Program-made: the position numbers and the translations under genes
Part shown: positions 35,149 to 48,729 of the stretch, one piece after another
Position numbering within the stretch: position 1 is the first letter of the stretch
Layout: each line of letters starts with the position of its first letter
Assembly (NCBI GenBank): GCA_032718475.1
Contig: JAUCBJ010008811.1
Span: 54,820-118,819, forward strand
Source of the DNA: Nemertoderma westbladi
Lineage: Eukaryota; Animalia; Xenacoelomorpha
Reading direction: 5' to 3'
Length of the DNA: 64,000 bases
The notes under the pieces: model-generated
The model's input: only the letters and a program-made list of their open reading frames with translations
Told to the model about the DNA's origin: nothing
The model's database searches: none

Positions 35149-35586
35149 ATGTTGGACTCTATACAATTAGCGAAATTCCCAGTGGGACCTGAATACATTG
35201 GTGTTTATGCAATCGACCAATTATACCTAATACACAAAAAAAATAAGCATAAGCACAATTATTCATTTATTATTAATAATCAACGTATAGGCCTACCGGG
35301 GCAACACTGGTCTTGCGTACGTGTGGTTAACAGAATTGCTTATTATTTAGATTCGTTTGGTAAAGCCCCACTGCCAAAAATATCCTATTGGTTGCATCAA
35401 TTTACCCAAAGGCATACTTGGAATCGTAAAATATTTCAAGCGCCACATTCGACTCAGTGCGGTCTATTTTGTCTGTATTATCTAATCGAGGTGCCGAAAA
35501 ATCCTGGAGCAATGAATATATTCACCCCTAATTTGCGGTACAATGATTTATTGTTATTACAGTGGACACTTTCATTAATAAAATAA
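35149..35586 (+). CDS. Adenain-like cysteine protease, intact
   Basis: GVYAIDQL, IINN...PGQHW, YLDSFG, Q...STQCGLFCLYYL, ND. Confidence 0.92.
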   Translation: MLDSIQLAKFPVGPEYIGVYAIDQLYLIHKKNKHKHNYSFIINNQRIGLPGQHWSCVRVVNRIAYYLDSFGKAPLPKISYWLHQFTQRHTWNRKIFQAPHSTQCGLFCLYYLIEVPKNPGAMNIFTPNLRYNDLLLLQWTLSLIK

Positions 35587-36327
35587 TTTATTTATTTTGG
35601 TTATGGGTATATTAAATTGCAGGTGTGTGAAAATATTATTAGCATTAATATTAATAATAAATATTTATTTCTTGGGTATATAGTAATAACAATATTTTTA
35701 ATAAATATATGGGACGTGGTAAGTGACATGGGTGGGGCCTTCACACAGCACTATTCGTTTTTTTAATTTTTTTAATTTTCATCGCTAATCGCGAAAGAAC
35801 CATCTTAAACACATTTGCGGAGCCTTCGCAAAATTCGTTATAACTGCGTCGTTTGTGGAGCGTTAAAAAAGTTAAACGCATTCATGAGACCTTCGCATGG
35901 CAACAAGTGAGGGGAAGTCTTTAGCGCGTGGGCGCCATTAATAACAACTTGCCAGTAAACCGGGAAATTCGGACATTGCCATAGTGGGGCCCAACTCTTT
36001 CCATTATATACCAAGCATCTGCTGCCCACCCTATGTGGTTAACACAAAGGCCAGAATCTCTATCCATGCTACGCGCATTAGACAATAATTAATCGCTCTA
36101 ACGACAATCAAAGGTCTGGGTTCAATTTACTCGCATATGTGACCGGTTTCACAAAAGAAATAAGCCATATATAGATACGTTACGAAGCATAGATAATTAG
36201 CCTTACCAAATTAGCTAGTTCTGTTATAATAGTTTACTATATTAACATTGGGAATAGTGATACCGGCATCACTTTATTATTTAAATTATTAAATTATAAA
36301 CTATCTAAACTAAAACATATCAACATA

Positions 36328-36789
36328 ATGGCTGCAGGTGGTGATAAACCAACGTCGGAGATTGCCGCAACTTTATTGTGGGTGAGACGGCGGCAAGAGC
36401 TACGAAGCGAAGCAAACTCGGAAGACCCCATCCAACAAATACCTGTTTCCGGCAGGGTGCCCCAAACTTTCTGCGGGGGTACCATTGAACCCCTTAGAAG
36501 GCCTAATACACCAATGGCAACGGCGTATAGACCTATCAATTTTCATCCGACGATTGATAGGCCTATTAGGCCTATTGCCACAGTACTGCCAAATTGCCGT
36601 GGGCGAGGTCGTGGTTTATCGCCATGGTTCCCCCCGGATCCACCGCAAGAAGGGGTACTCCCTGCTCAGCCAGGGAGAATTGTTGGTGGGGGAGTCTGCC
36701 TGACTTGCGCCTGCCCCCCCCCCCCCCCCCCCCCCCCCAAGAGTGATTGGGCAAATGAGAACGCCGCCTCCCATCCAACATTAATGTAA
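36328..36789 (+). CDS. Pro-rich subterminal ORF, homolog of 5383-5664
   Basis: Shared N-terminus and CxCPP motif, same position; poly-C run makes the C-terminal frame uncertain. Confidence 0.5.
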   Translation: MAAGGDKPTSEIAATLLWVRRRQELRSEANSEDPIQQIPVSGRVPQTFCGGTIEPLRRPNTPMATAYRPINFHPTIDRPIRPIATVLPNCRGRGRGLSPWFPPDPPQEGVLPAQPGRIVGGGVCLTCACPPPPPPPPKSDWANENAASHPTLM

Positions 36790-38045
36790 GTAATAATTTA
36801 ATTTCAACAATTAATATAATAACAATAAATAATTACCAAAATTCAACAATAGTACCCACACGCTAAAGGCTTTGCTCACTCCCCGCTGTGCGGGTACCCA
36901 TATTCTAAGACTTCGCTCGCATCATGGCTTGTCCTATTTTTTCATCAAATCACTGTGTAACCAAGTTATTAGCAATTAAAATTTATGTCGGCGCCAGGCG
37001 GCGATAAGACAACTCACCGATAGCACCTATATGCTTTCACACACTTCATGGCTCACCCCTCCGCATATAAGTAGAATAATCATATTAAAAATAATATTAT
37101 AAATACTATCACTTTATACTCACTTCATGGCTCGCCCAACAACTAGTTGCTTAGCAATAACTGTAGAATTGTAATATTGGTGGCTGTCGTTAGTTGAATA
37201 CAATAACCATATTTCGATGCTATCACTCACTTCATGGCTCGCCCCATAGGTAGAATAATCAAATTAAAATTATATTATAAATACTATAACCTTAACCCAT
37301 ATGCTAAGGCTTCAATCGCTTCATGGCTCGCCCCATTTTTTCATCAAATTACGAAATAACTGAGTTATTAGCAATCAAAAATTTATGGTGGCGACAGACA
37401 GTGATAAGGCAACTCGCCGGTGACACCTATATGCTTTCACACACTTCGCGGCTCGCCCCATCCCCATATAAGTAGAATAATCAAATTAAAAATAATATTA
37501 TAAATACCTTATTCTCACTTCGCGGCTCGCCCCCACAACTTATTGCTTGTCAATAACTCTATATGCTTTCACACACTTCACGGCTCGCCCCCTCCCCATA
37601 TAAGTAGTATAATCAAATTAAAAATAATATTATAAATACCTTATTCTCACTTCGCGGCTTGCCCATACAACTTATTGCTTGTCAATAACTGTAGAATTGC
37701 GATATTGGTAGCCACTGTTAGTCTGTGTTTATTCACCTTTTTTAGTTGTTGCGTCTGTAATAGTCTATCATGTTAAAGACTTTATAACAAACGTCTGCAA
37801 CCCACTTACTATATTGGGTTTTACCTATTGCGGTTCAAGGTGAAACGCCAACCGGTAGACACAAATTAATTAAATTACTTCCGTCTGTGGACTGGCCTTA
37901 TACCACATATGTCACATATACACAGTGGTGACATATGTTACATATGCATAATGGTAACCATAGTAAGTGGGCGGGGTGACACAATGGTAATCATAGTAAG
38001 TAGGCGGGGCAAGAGCCGTTCGGCAAATTCTTTAAAACTCTTAAA

Positions 38046-38425
38046 GAAAAACTCTTTACTCTTAAAACTCTTTACAAAACAGAATCTCTACCTGATTCTA
38101 CAATTGATAATTCATTAATAAGTGACTAAATAATCCTCCTAACAATGGCGATGATCTGAGAACTCAAAATGATCCTGGGTACCAAGGAGGTTGTCTTTGT
38201 GACTCTCAACCTCCCCTGTATAATTAACTCCTTAACTCTTTACAAAACAGAATCTCTACCTGATTCTACAATTGATAATTCATTAATAAGTGACTAAATA
38301 ATCCTCCTAACAATGGCAATGATCTGAGAACTCAAACTGATCCTGGGTACCGAGGAGGTTGTCTTTGTGTCTCTCAACCTCCCCTGTATAATTAACTCAT
38401 TAACTCTTTACAAAACAGAATCTCA
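38046..38425. repeat. 168-bp satellite, ~2.3 copies
   Basis: Same unit as 22487-23920, directly after the truncated TIR of C. Confidence 0.95.
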
Positions 38426-41400
38426 ACCACCATCTAGAGTGATTGATCCGCTCTGTAGTGATTGATTCTACAATTTATTGATAATTCATGAATAAGCGCC
38501 TACTTTCTGAGTTAAGTTTTTTTTTGTAAAATCTTTAGTTCTTAAAAAGTGGACCGCTTTAAATAATATAATATCATGAAATAAATTATTACAGTATTTC
38601 CTCCATCGAATCTTAGATAGTGTTTAGGACCTATTTATTTGTAGCTACAACAAACAGAGAAACAAGGAAGGGTGGTACTTTAGGGAAGTATGGGGAAAGG
38701 CTGGTACTTTAGGTCCTCCTGTTACAAAATCGTGGTATATGTTATGGTAGGTAGAACGAACTTAATGACAAATTACAAGTCATAGTATAAGTAGGTGCCA
38801 TAGTATAAGTCGTTTTGTTTTATTCTCTGTTCAACTTTCTCCTGTTTTATTTTATTATGTGCAGTTTTATTTGTACGCTTCTATGACAGCGGTGTCTCCA
38901 CCCAAATAATATAATATATAATATAATATACCAAGGAATGTAATTAGGTAACAATGGTTCATCTTCTATACTCAATGACCTGACAATAAAACTAAGGCTC
39001 ACATAGAAACCTTGTATCATTATTAAATAAAAATGAAATAATGGTGAAATAATGGTTCAGCACCCAAACTGTAAATATCATAGTTTTAACATTTTCTACA
39101 TCATGCACTTTTTTTTCTATTTACTAGTTCTTTATTTCTGTAAGTACGGTACTCTATTTACTACAGTAATTATTAATATTTACAGTAGGCCTACCGGTAG
39201 TAAACTTTTCTGTCAAAGTTATTTAATCAATCATTGTTATTTTCTTAACTTGCCATATTGTAACGGTTTTAATTTTCCTTTTTTATAGACTTTATAACTT
39301 TACTGGATTACCTTGAACCAGATTTATACCTGGACCATCGCTAAGCAAAGCATTCATCGGTTGCTACTGCATTTTAATATTGCTTAGCAACCAGGCACTA
39401 AACCTTGCTCCAATATGACTCAGATATAAGTATGAAACTTGCCATTAATAATTTAATTATTAGTACTGGTAGTTATGAGGCTCTATCCGGTTTCAGGGGC
39501 GCTGATTTTTTTTTGTCTGTTTGTTTGTACAGCATACAGACTGCTGGATACCGGTACAGATACAGGTGATAACAGTATTCTGCTCCTTAGAGAAGGTTAA
39601 TAAGAGTCACACATAGGAAATTAATATGAAATGTCAAAATACTTATCACATATAGTGCAATAGGCCTATAAAAGAAATGCTGCTCGAATCATTCTAAATC
39701 TAATATTATAAATGTTTTGCTCTTTCCTGTTTAGAGTGTATAATGGAACTGTATATACCACATGTATGCTTTTTTCTTGGGGGGGGGGGGGGGGGGGGGC
39801 AGAAATTGTCACTACGGAATACTACGAATTACTAATGCAAAATAGAGTTTTTCAGTCCAGTCTGCCGGTAGTGCAAAGAAAGTCACAAGCTTCATTATTT
39901 AGACTTGTAAAATAGCCATTCCAGTTCCAGTGGTACCCTACCTGCTTCGGGGTAATCTTTAGAAGTGCTATTACACTACAGTACATAGCCTAATGGTACA
40001 GGCAATAGAGGTCAGGAGACACATAGTATATTAAATAGTTAGGTAGACTACTGTAGTCATAAATCGTTTAAGGTAGTAATAATTAATAAACTAAGAAAGT
40101 GTCTCAAAGTCTAGTGTCTCAAATTAAATACTACCGGTAGAGAGATGTATGCTCTTGTATGGTTCTGACACGTATCTGATAGATAACTAAAGTATTACAT
40201 ACAAGCCTACTACTGTACAGGAAGTAAAATATACTGTAGGCCTATGTTATATATTGTGTATATGTTATATATTATACAGAATAAATCATCACATACCGTG
40301 GTGGTTAGAAATGATTAATAATACAGGTAAAGGACGAACCTCAACATATGGCACTCACTACAAGAGTTTACTGCAAGACCAGATTGAACCAATGAGAAGC
40401 CAGGGAGTGGAGGAATTCTATAGGACATATTAGCCAGTTATAAGGGAGCTATCATAGTCGCCAAGGAAACAGCAACCCCGGGTTAACAAAAGATACAGAG
40501 TAAATACAGAGTACAAAGGTAGATTGAGATAATGGTTATGGAATAGGTGCAGCATATGGGTAGAGTGACAAAGGATAGCTACTGGGTTACTCTCAAAATA
40601 TCTGTGAGTTAGCAAAAAGGGCCCCCTTATGGTTAATTATTGGGCCCCTGTGCGGTTGTGTGGAACCAGTTAGTGGCGCCTGGCCCTTGACTTGCAAGGG
40701 GCATGGCTGGACTGGTAGAGAGGTACGGACAATTTATACTGGCAGTAATGCAGGGAGAGCATTATGTACACTCACACTGTCTTTTACCATGAATAATTCT
40801 CCCGGCTTATTGGAGTAGTAGTAGTGTGTGGTGCATTCATAAAGGGCTTGTCTATCCAAGGTTAATGGGACAGAGAAAACAAACGGTTACAGGGCCGCCA
40901 GCAACCAACAACTTCCGCTTATTCTAAATTGGAAACCCAACAAAATTTCCTGATCTACCAACTAACAGGTCTATTCTATAAAATGAGCCATAATTTCATT
41001 ATCCCTCTCGATACGCACTCTTTACTTTTCTATTATTCATCTGCATGTGGGGCGAGACACGTATGGCGAGCCATCAACGAACTGATATAATTATACTATG
41101 CCCGTTTTTCAAAAGTCTGTGTGTGTGTGTCGGAAGCCATAAATGTCGGAAGCCATAATCGAAGTTAATATCTTCAGCTAAATTGTATGGTTGAGTCATT
41201 TTGAACGGTCTCTCCATGGAAATTAATTGTTTTACATTACTAACATTGCAAGCTAAAGTCTTTGACCAAGCCAGTGCCTAGGCTAGTACACAAGGACATA
41301 GTAGTCCAGTAGAAGGAATAGTGCTCCTTCAATACATCTCAACAGACATCAATTCATTTGCCTGTGCCTACCAACGCGTGCTCTATAACATAACATATAT

Positions 41401-41559
41401 TCTTGATTTCCATCACCTCTCACCACAATTATTATTAGTAATTAAAAGTTTCAATTCGGTTTGTCTTTCCGTTATCTGGATATTCAGTTATTGCATTATT
41501 AATAAATAAATGTTTTAAAATATATCTTACGAAATATGGTTAATAATTAAAACTTATCG

Positions 41560-42100
41560 CTAACATTCTCGCTATGGGGGTTTTAAGGAGTGCTGTTTAC
41601 ATTTCTGATGTCAGTTTTCACGTTTACATAAATCTAGTCTGTCTGTCTGTCGGTCATTCTGTCAGTCAGTCTGTCAAAACATAAAAAATAATTCAAATTA
41701 ACTAACATTCTCGCTATGGGGGTTTTAATGGGTGCTGATTTCATTTCTGATGTCAGTTTTCAGGTTTACATAAATCTAGTCTGTCTGTTTGTCGGTCTTT
41801 ATGTCAGTCAGTCAGTCTGTCAAAACTTAAAAAAGAATACTTACTAACTAACATTCTCGTTATGGGGGTTTTAATGGGTGCTGGTTTTATTTCAGATGTC
41901 AGTTTTCACGTTTAAAAAAATCTAGTCTGTCTGGCTGTCGGTCTTTCTGTCAGTCAGTCTGTGAAAACTTAAGAAAGTATACTAACTAACCAACATTCTC
42001 GCTATGGGGGTTTTAAGGGTTGCTGATTTCATTTCTGATGTCAGTTTACACGTTTACATAAATCTAGTCTGTCTGTCTGTCGGTCTCTCTGTCAGTCAGA
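41560..42100. repeat. ~143-bp degenerate tandem repeat (4 copies)
   Basis: AACATTCTCGCTATGGGGGTTTTAA...TTTCTGATGTCAG recurs at ~41561, 41704, 41849, 41991; related units at ~51170-51890. Confidence 0.85.
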
Positions 42101-43735
42101 ACTTCTGTACTGTGGTTGGCATTACTGCATTACGCCATATACCTAACACTAATAATACAGTCTACAATACAGCCTATCTACAGTACAGAATGGATTTTTT
42201 GCCATGAAGAGCAATAAATGTCATTAATACTATCCACCAGTATACCTACTCCAAAAGCCTTCCAATAAAACATGTATTCCAGCATGACGTCCACTGCACG
42301 TCTTCGTGCTGTCCATGGTGACGTGCAGTGGACGTCATAGGCTCTAAGGGGTTAAGCAACACGGTCCCTACTTCGCCCTGACGACACCCCAGCCATTTTT
42401 CACCAATCCTTTTTTAGAGTTTTTTAATTTTTTTGGTATTGGTGAAAGTTCTACAACATTAGTAGATATGTTTTTTATGATAGCTACCGGTAGTGTTTTT
42501 TTGCTAGCTAGTATTTTTTGAAATTATAAAAAATGTGAAAGTCCATGATATTTCAGGTTAAACTGTTGAAGAATATATTAATGACCAAAATAATTTCCAA
42601 AAATTACTAGCTAGTAAAAAATACTACAGTAGCTATATACCATAAAAAATCTACTAAGGTTCTAGAACATTCACTAATATAAAAAAGCACTCAAAATCAC
42701 AAAAAAATAAAGGTTAAAAAACTCATTCGGGACCCTTTTGCTTAAGGAGTCAAAATTGTAGAACAAATTCCCGAAGTTTGCGACGTTTGCGAAATTCGCG
42801 AAGAATCCGTCAGTTTCTGTGCCCTAATGGTTTCGTGACGAAACAATCAAATCTTACACACTTAACACACACGAACTAATTTAATGTGTTTATTAGTATG
42901 CCTGAACCATTAAATAGAAATTAAATTAATGAACGCTATTTCAACATGAAATCTACGGAATCAATACACAACACACGCACACTACTGAATTTAAAAATTT
43001 ATATAGATTGCAACTTATATTTGGCTACCTTTTAATGGGTGATTAATTTAATTATTCACCCCTATATATTTGTAGCCTTTTTAATTTGTGCCTCTAATTG
43101 ACTCAAACATTAAACTAAAATATATGTCACAATATTGATCTGTCTGTAGCTGGTCAATGAATCTCTCATAAATTTGTTAATTAGTCGCTGCTCAGTCATT
43201 GAACATTTGAACACGTGCTGCTCGAAGACCCCACAACGTGTAAATGACTGTCTATACATTGGCGTCAATGCCGCCTCCACAGTTTTGAAACCATCAATTC
43301 GTTCAAAAATAAATCAACTTCAACACTACATCACGTTTACATAATATCGTAATTCTATATTATGTACTGTAGTAGGGCCTGCAGGCAAAAACAAACAATT
43401 AAATATATATATTTTTTTAATCATTACGCCCCCACGCGGGGCAGCTGGTGGAACCTTTATTATTTAAACAAAATGAATATGAATATCTAATTACAGTAAA
43501 AATCACAATAAAAATATAAATATTAATTTCAATATACACCGTACGAGTAAAATAATAGTCCATTAATATAATTCATTAAAATGTACAGTATATATCAGAA
43601 AAAATTATAAGCAATTCTCATTTTATTTTGCGAGTTCGGAGAGAGCGGAGGTGCGGAAGGAACAAGATAACGCGTGGTACTTTTCTAGACAGGGTAGGTT
43701 GCAAAAACGGCAAACACAGGAATTGGAGCGGTCAT

Positions 43736-46700
43736 GGAAGGGGCGAGGGTTTCAGCAGATCTTATCGACGGTGAATATATTACGGAAGGGGCGAGGGTTT
43801 GAGCAGATCTTATCGACGGTGAATATATTACGGAAGGGGCGAGTGTTTGAGCAGATCTTATCGACGGTGAATATATTACAGAAGGGGCGAGTGTTTGAGC
43901 AGATCTTATCGATGGTGAATATATTACGGAAGGGGCGAGTGTTTGAGTAGATCTTATCAAATATATTACGGAAGGGGCGAGTGTTTGAGCAGATCTTATC
44001 GATGGTGAATATATTACAGAAGGGGCGAGGGTTTGAGCAGATCTTATCGACGGTGAATATATTACGGAAGGGGCGAGTGTTTGAGCAGATCTTATCGACG
44101 GTGAATATATTACGGAAGGGGCGAGGGTTTGAGCAGATCTTATCGACGGTGAATATATTACGGAAGGGGCGAGTGTTTGAGCAGATCTTATCGACGGTGA
44201 ATATATTACGGAAGGGGCGAGGGTTTGAGCAGATCTTATCGACGGTGAATATATTACGGAAGGGGCGAGTGTTTGAGCAGATCTTATCGATGGTGAATAT
44301 ATTACGGAAGGGGCGAGTGTTTGAGCAGATCTTATCGACGGTGAATATATTACGGAAGGGGCGAGTGTTTGAGCAGATCTTATCGACGGTGAATATATTA
44401 CGGAAGGGGCGAGTGTTTGAGCAGATCTTATCGACGGTGAATATATTACGGAAGGGGCGAGTGTTTGAGCAGATCTTATCGACGGTGAATATATTACGGA
44501 AGGGGCGAGTGTTTGGGCAGATCTTATCGACGGTGAATATATTACGGAAGGGGCGAGTGTTTGGGCAGATCTTATCGACGGTGAATATATTACGGAAGGG
44601 GCGAGTGTTTGGGCAGATCTTATCGACGGTGAATATATTACGGAAGGGGCGAGTGTTTGAGCAGGTCTTATCGACGGTGAATATATTACGGAAGGGGCGA
44701 GTGTTTGAGTAGATCTTATCGACGGTGAATATATTACGGAAGGGGCGAGTGTTTGGGCAGATCTTATCGACGGTGAATATATTACGGAAGGGGCGAGTGT
44801 TTGAGCAGGTCTTATCGACGGTGAATATATTACGGAAGGGGCGAGTGTTTGAGCAGATCTTATCGACGGTGAATATATTACGGAAGGGGCGAGTGTTTGG
44901 GCAGATCTTATCGACGGTGAATATATTACGGAAGGGGCGAGGGTTTGAGCAGATCTTATCAACGGTGAATATATTACGGAAGGGGCGAGTGTTTGGGCAG
45001 ATCTTATCGACGGTGAATATATTACGGAAGGGGCGAGGGTTTGAGCAGATCTTATCGACGGTGAATATATTACGGAAGGGGCGAGGGTTTGAGCAGATCT
45101 TATCGACGGTGAATATATTACGGAAGGGGCGAGGGTTTGAGCAGATCTTATCGACGGTGAATATATTACGGAAGGGGCGAGTGTTTGGGCAGATTTTATC
45201 GACGTTGAATATATTACGGAAGGGGCGAGTGTTTGAGTAGATCTTATCGACGGTGAATATATTACGGAAGGGGCGAGGGTTTGAGCAGATCTTATCGACG
45301 GTGAATATATTACGGAAGGGGCGAGTGTTTGAGTAGATCTTATCGACGGTGAATATATTACGGAAGGGGCGAGGGTTTGAGAAGATCTTATCAACGGTGA
45401 ATATATTACGGAAGGGGCGAGTGTTTGGGCAGATCTTATCGACGGTGAATATATTACGGAAGGGGCGAGTGTTTGGGCAGATCTTATCGACGGTGAATAT
45501 ATTACGGAAGGGGCGAGTGTTTGAGCAGATCTTATCGACGGTGAATATATTACGGAAGGGGCGAGGGTTTGAGCAGATCTTATCAACGGTGAATATATTA
45601 CGGAAGGGGCGAGTGTTTGGGCAGATCTTATCGACGGTGAATATATTACGGAAGGGGCGAGGGTTTGAGCAGATCTTATCGACGGTGAATATATTACGGA
45701 AGGGGCGAGGGTTTGAGCAGATCTTATCGACGGTGAATATATTACGGAAGGGGCGAGTGTTTGAGCAGATCTTATCGACGAGGAATATATTACAGAAGGG
45801 GCGAGTGTTTGAGCAGATCTTATCGATGGTGAATATATTACGGAAGGGGCGAGTGTTTGAGTAGATCTTATCAAATATATTACGGAAGGGGCGAGTGTTT
45901 GAGCAGATCTTATCGATGGTGAATATATTACAGAAGGGGCGAGGGTTTGAGCAGATCGTATCGACGGTGAATATATTACGGAAGGGGCGAGTGTTTGAGC
46001 AGATCTTATCGACGGTGAATATATTACGGAAGGGGCGAGGGTTTTAGCAGATCTTATCGACGGTGAATATATTACGGAAGGGGCGAGTGTTTGAGCAGAT
46101 CTTATCGATGGTGAATATATTATGGAAGGGGCGAGTGTTTGAGCAGATCTTATCGACGGTGAATATATTACGGAAGGGGCGAGTGTTTGAGCAGATCTTA
46201 TCGATGGTGAATATATTACGGAAGGGGCGAGTGTTTGAGCAGATCTTATCGACGGTGAATATATTACGGAAGGGGCGAGTGTTTGAGCAGATCTTATCGA
46301 CGTTGAATATATTACGGAAGGGGCGAGTGTTTGAGTAGATCTTATCGACGGTGAATATATTACGGAAGGGGCGAGGGTTTGAGCAGATCTTATCGACGGT
46401 GAATATATTACGGAAGGGGCGAGTGTTTGGGCAGATCTTATCGACGGTGAATATATTATGGAAGGGGCGAGTGTTTGAGTAGATCTTATCGACGGTGAAT
46501 ATATTACGGAAGGGGCGAGGGTTTGAGCAGATCTTATCGACGGTGAATATATTACGGAAGGGGCAAGGGTTTGAGCAGATCTTATCGATGGTGAATATAT
46601 TACAGAAGGGGCGAGTGTTTGGGCAGATCTTATCGACGGTGAATATATTACGGAAGGGGCGAGTGTTTGAGCAGATCTTATCGACGGTGAATATATTACG

Positions 46701-48541
46701 GAAGGGGCGAGTGTTTGATCAGATCTTATCGACGGTGAATATATTACGGAAGGGGCGAGGGTTTGAGCAGATCTTATCGACGGTGAATATATTACGGAAG
46801 GGGCGAGGGTTTGGGCAGATCTTATCGACGGTGAATATATTACGGAAGGGGCGAGTGTTTGGGCAGATCTTATCGACGGTGAATATATTACGGAAGGGGC
46901 GAGTGTTTGGGCAGATCTTATCGACGGTGAATACTTATAGACGGTGAATATATTACGGAAGGGGCGAGTGTTTGGGCAGATCTTATCGACGGTGAATATG
47001 TTACGGAAGGGGCGAGTGTTTGAGTAGATCTTATCGATGGTGAATATATTACGGAAGGGGCGAGTGTTTGAGCAGATCTTATCGACGGTGAATATATTAC
47101 AGAAGGAGCGAGGGTTTGAGCAGATCTTATCGACGGTGAATATATTACGGAAGGGGCGAGGGTTTGAGCAGATCTTATCGACGGTGAATATATTACGGAA
47201 GGGGCGAGGGTTTGAGCAGATCTTATCGATGGTGAATATATTACGGAAGGGGCGAGGGTTTGAGCAGATCTTATCGACGGTGAATATATTACGGAAGGGG
47301 CGAGTGTTTGGGCAGATCTTATCGATGGTGAATATATTACGGAAGGGGCGAGGGTTTGAGCAGATCTTATCGATGGTGAATATATTACAGAAGGGGCGAG
47401 GGTTTGAGCAGATCTTATCGACGGTGAATATATTACGGAAGGGGCGAGGGTTTGAGCAGATCTTATCGATGGTGAATATATTACGGAAGGGGCGAGGGTT
47501 TGAGCAGATCTTATCGATGGTGAATATATTACGGAAGGGGCGAGGGTTTGAGCAGATCTTATCGACGGTGAATATATTACGGAAGGGGCGAGGGTTTGAG
47601 CAGATCTTATCGACGGTGAATATATTACAGAAGGGGCAAGTGTTTGGGCAGATCTTATCGACGGTGAATATATTACGGAAGGGGCGAGTGTTTGAGTAGA
47701 TCTTATCGATGGTGAATATATTACGGAAGGGGCGAGGGTTTGAGCAGATCTTATCGACGGTGAATATATTACGGAAGGGGCGAGGGTTTGAGCAGATCTT
47801 ATCGACGGTGAATATATTACAGAAGGGGCAAGTGTTTGGGCAGATCTTATCGACGGTGAATATATTACGGAAGGGGCGAGTGTTTGAGCAGATCTTATCG
47901 ACGGTGAATATATTACGGAAGGGGCGAGTGTTTGATCAGATCTTATCGACGGTGAATATATTACGGAAGTGGCGAGGGTTTGAGCAGATCTTATCGACGG
48001 TGAATATATTACGGAAGGGGCGAGGGTTTGGGCAGATCTTATCGACGGTGAATATATTACGGAAGGGGAGAGTGTTTGGGCAGATCTTATCGACGGTGAA
48101 TATATTAAGGAAGGGGCGAGTGTTTGAGCAGATCTTATCGATGGTGAATATATTACGGAAGGGGCGAGTGTTTGGGCAGATCTTATCGACGGTGAATATA
48201 TTATGGAAGGGGTGAGGGTTTGGGCAGATCTTATCGACGGTGAATATATTACGGAAGGGGCGAGTGTTTGGGCAGATCTTATCGACGGTGAATATGTTAC
48301 GGAAGGGGCGAGTGTTTGAGTAGATCTTATCGATGGTGAATATATTACGGAAGGGGCGAGTGTTTGAGCAGATCTTATTGACGGTGAATATATTACAGAA
48401 GGAGCGAGGGTTTGACCAGATCTTATCGACGGTGAATATATTACGGAAGGGGCGAGGGTTTGAGCAGATCTTATTGACGGTGAATATATTACGGAAGGGG
48501 CGAGGGTTTGAGCAGATCTTATCGACGGTGAATATATTACA
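43736..48541. repeat. 48-bp satellite, ~100 copies
   Basis: Unit GGAAGGGGCGAGKGTTTGAGCAGATCTTATCGACGGTGAATATATTAC; highly homogeneous. Confidence 0.99.
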
Positions 48542-48729
48542 CTCAATTAATTACGACTACGACACCCAACTCAAATACAATAATTATTCTATGGCCTTTT
48601 TTCCAAAAGATGTTAGTGTGTGGGTGTGTGTGTGACGGAAGCCATAATTTGCGGAAGCCAATATGTATAACTAGCCATGATTCCAATTTTGCCATGATTC
48701 TTAGTTCCAATTTAAGCCTCATGTGAATA

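Larger units (their letters stand above)
30588..38034 (+). mobile_element. Polinton C: degenerate, capsid-less element (pPolB - TBP-like - protease - small ORF - truncated TIR)
   Basis: Gene order matches B with the morphogenesis block missing. 37700-38034 matches B's TIR but lacks the last ~55 bp. Left boundary not resolved. Confidence 0.85.

Noticed and set aside
43651-48635. Long ORFs (729, 542, 243 aa etc.) on both strands
   Set aside because: By-products of a 48-bp unit (multiple of 3) lacking stops in two frames; no unique domains.
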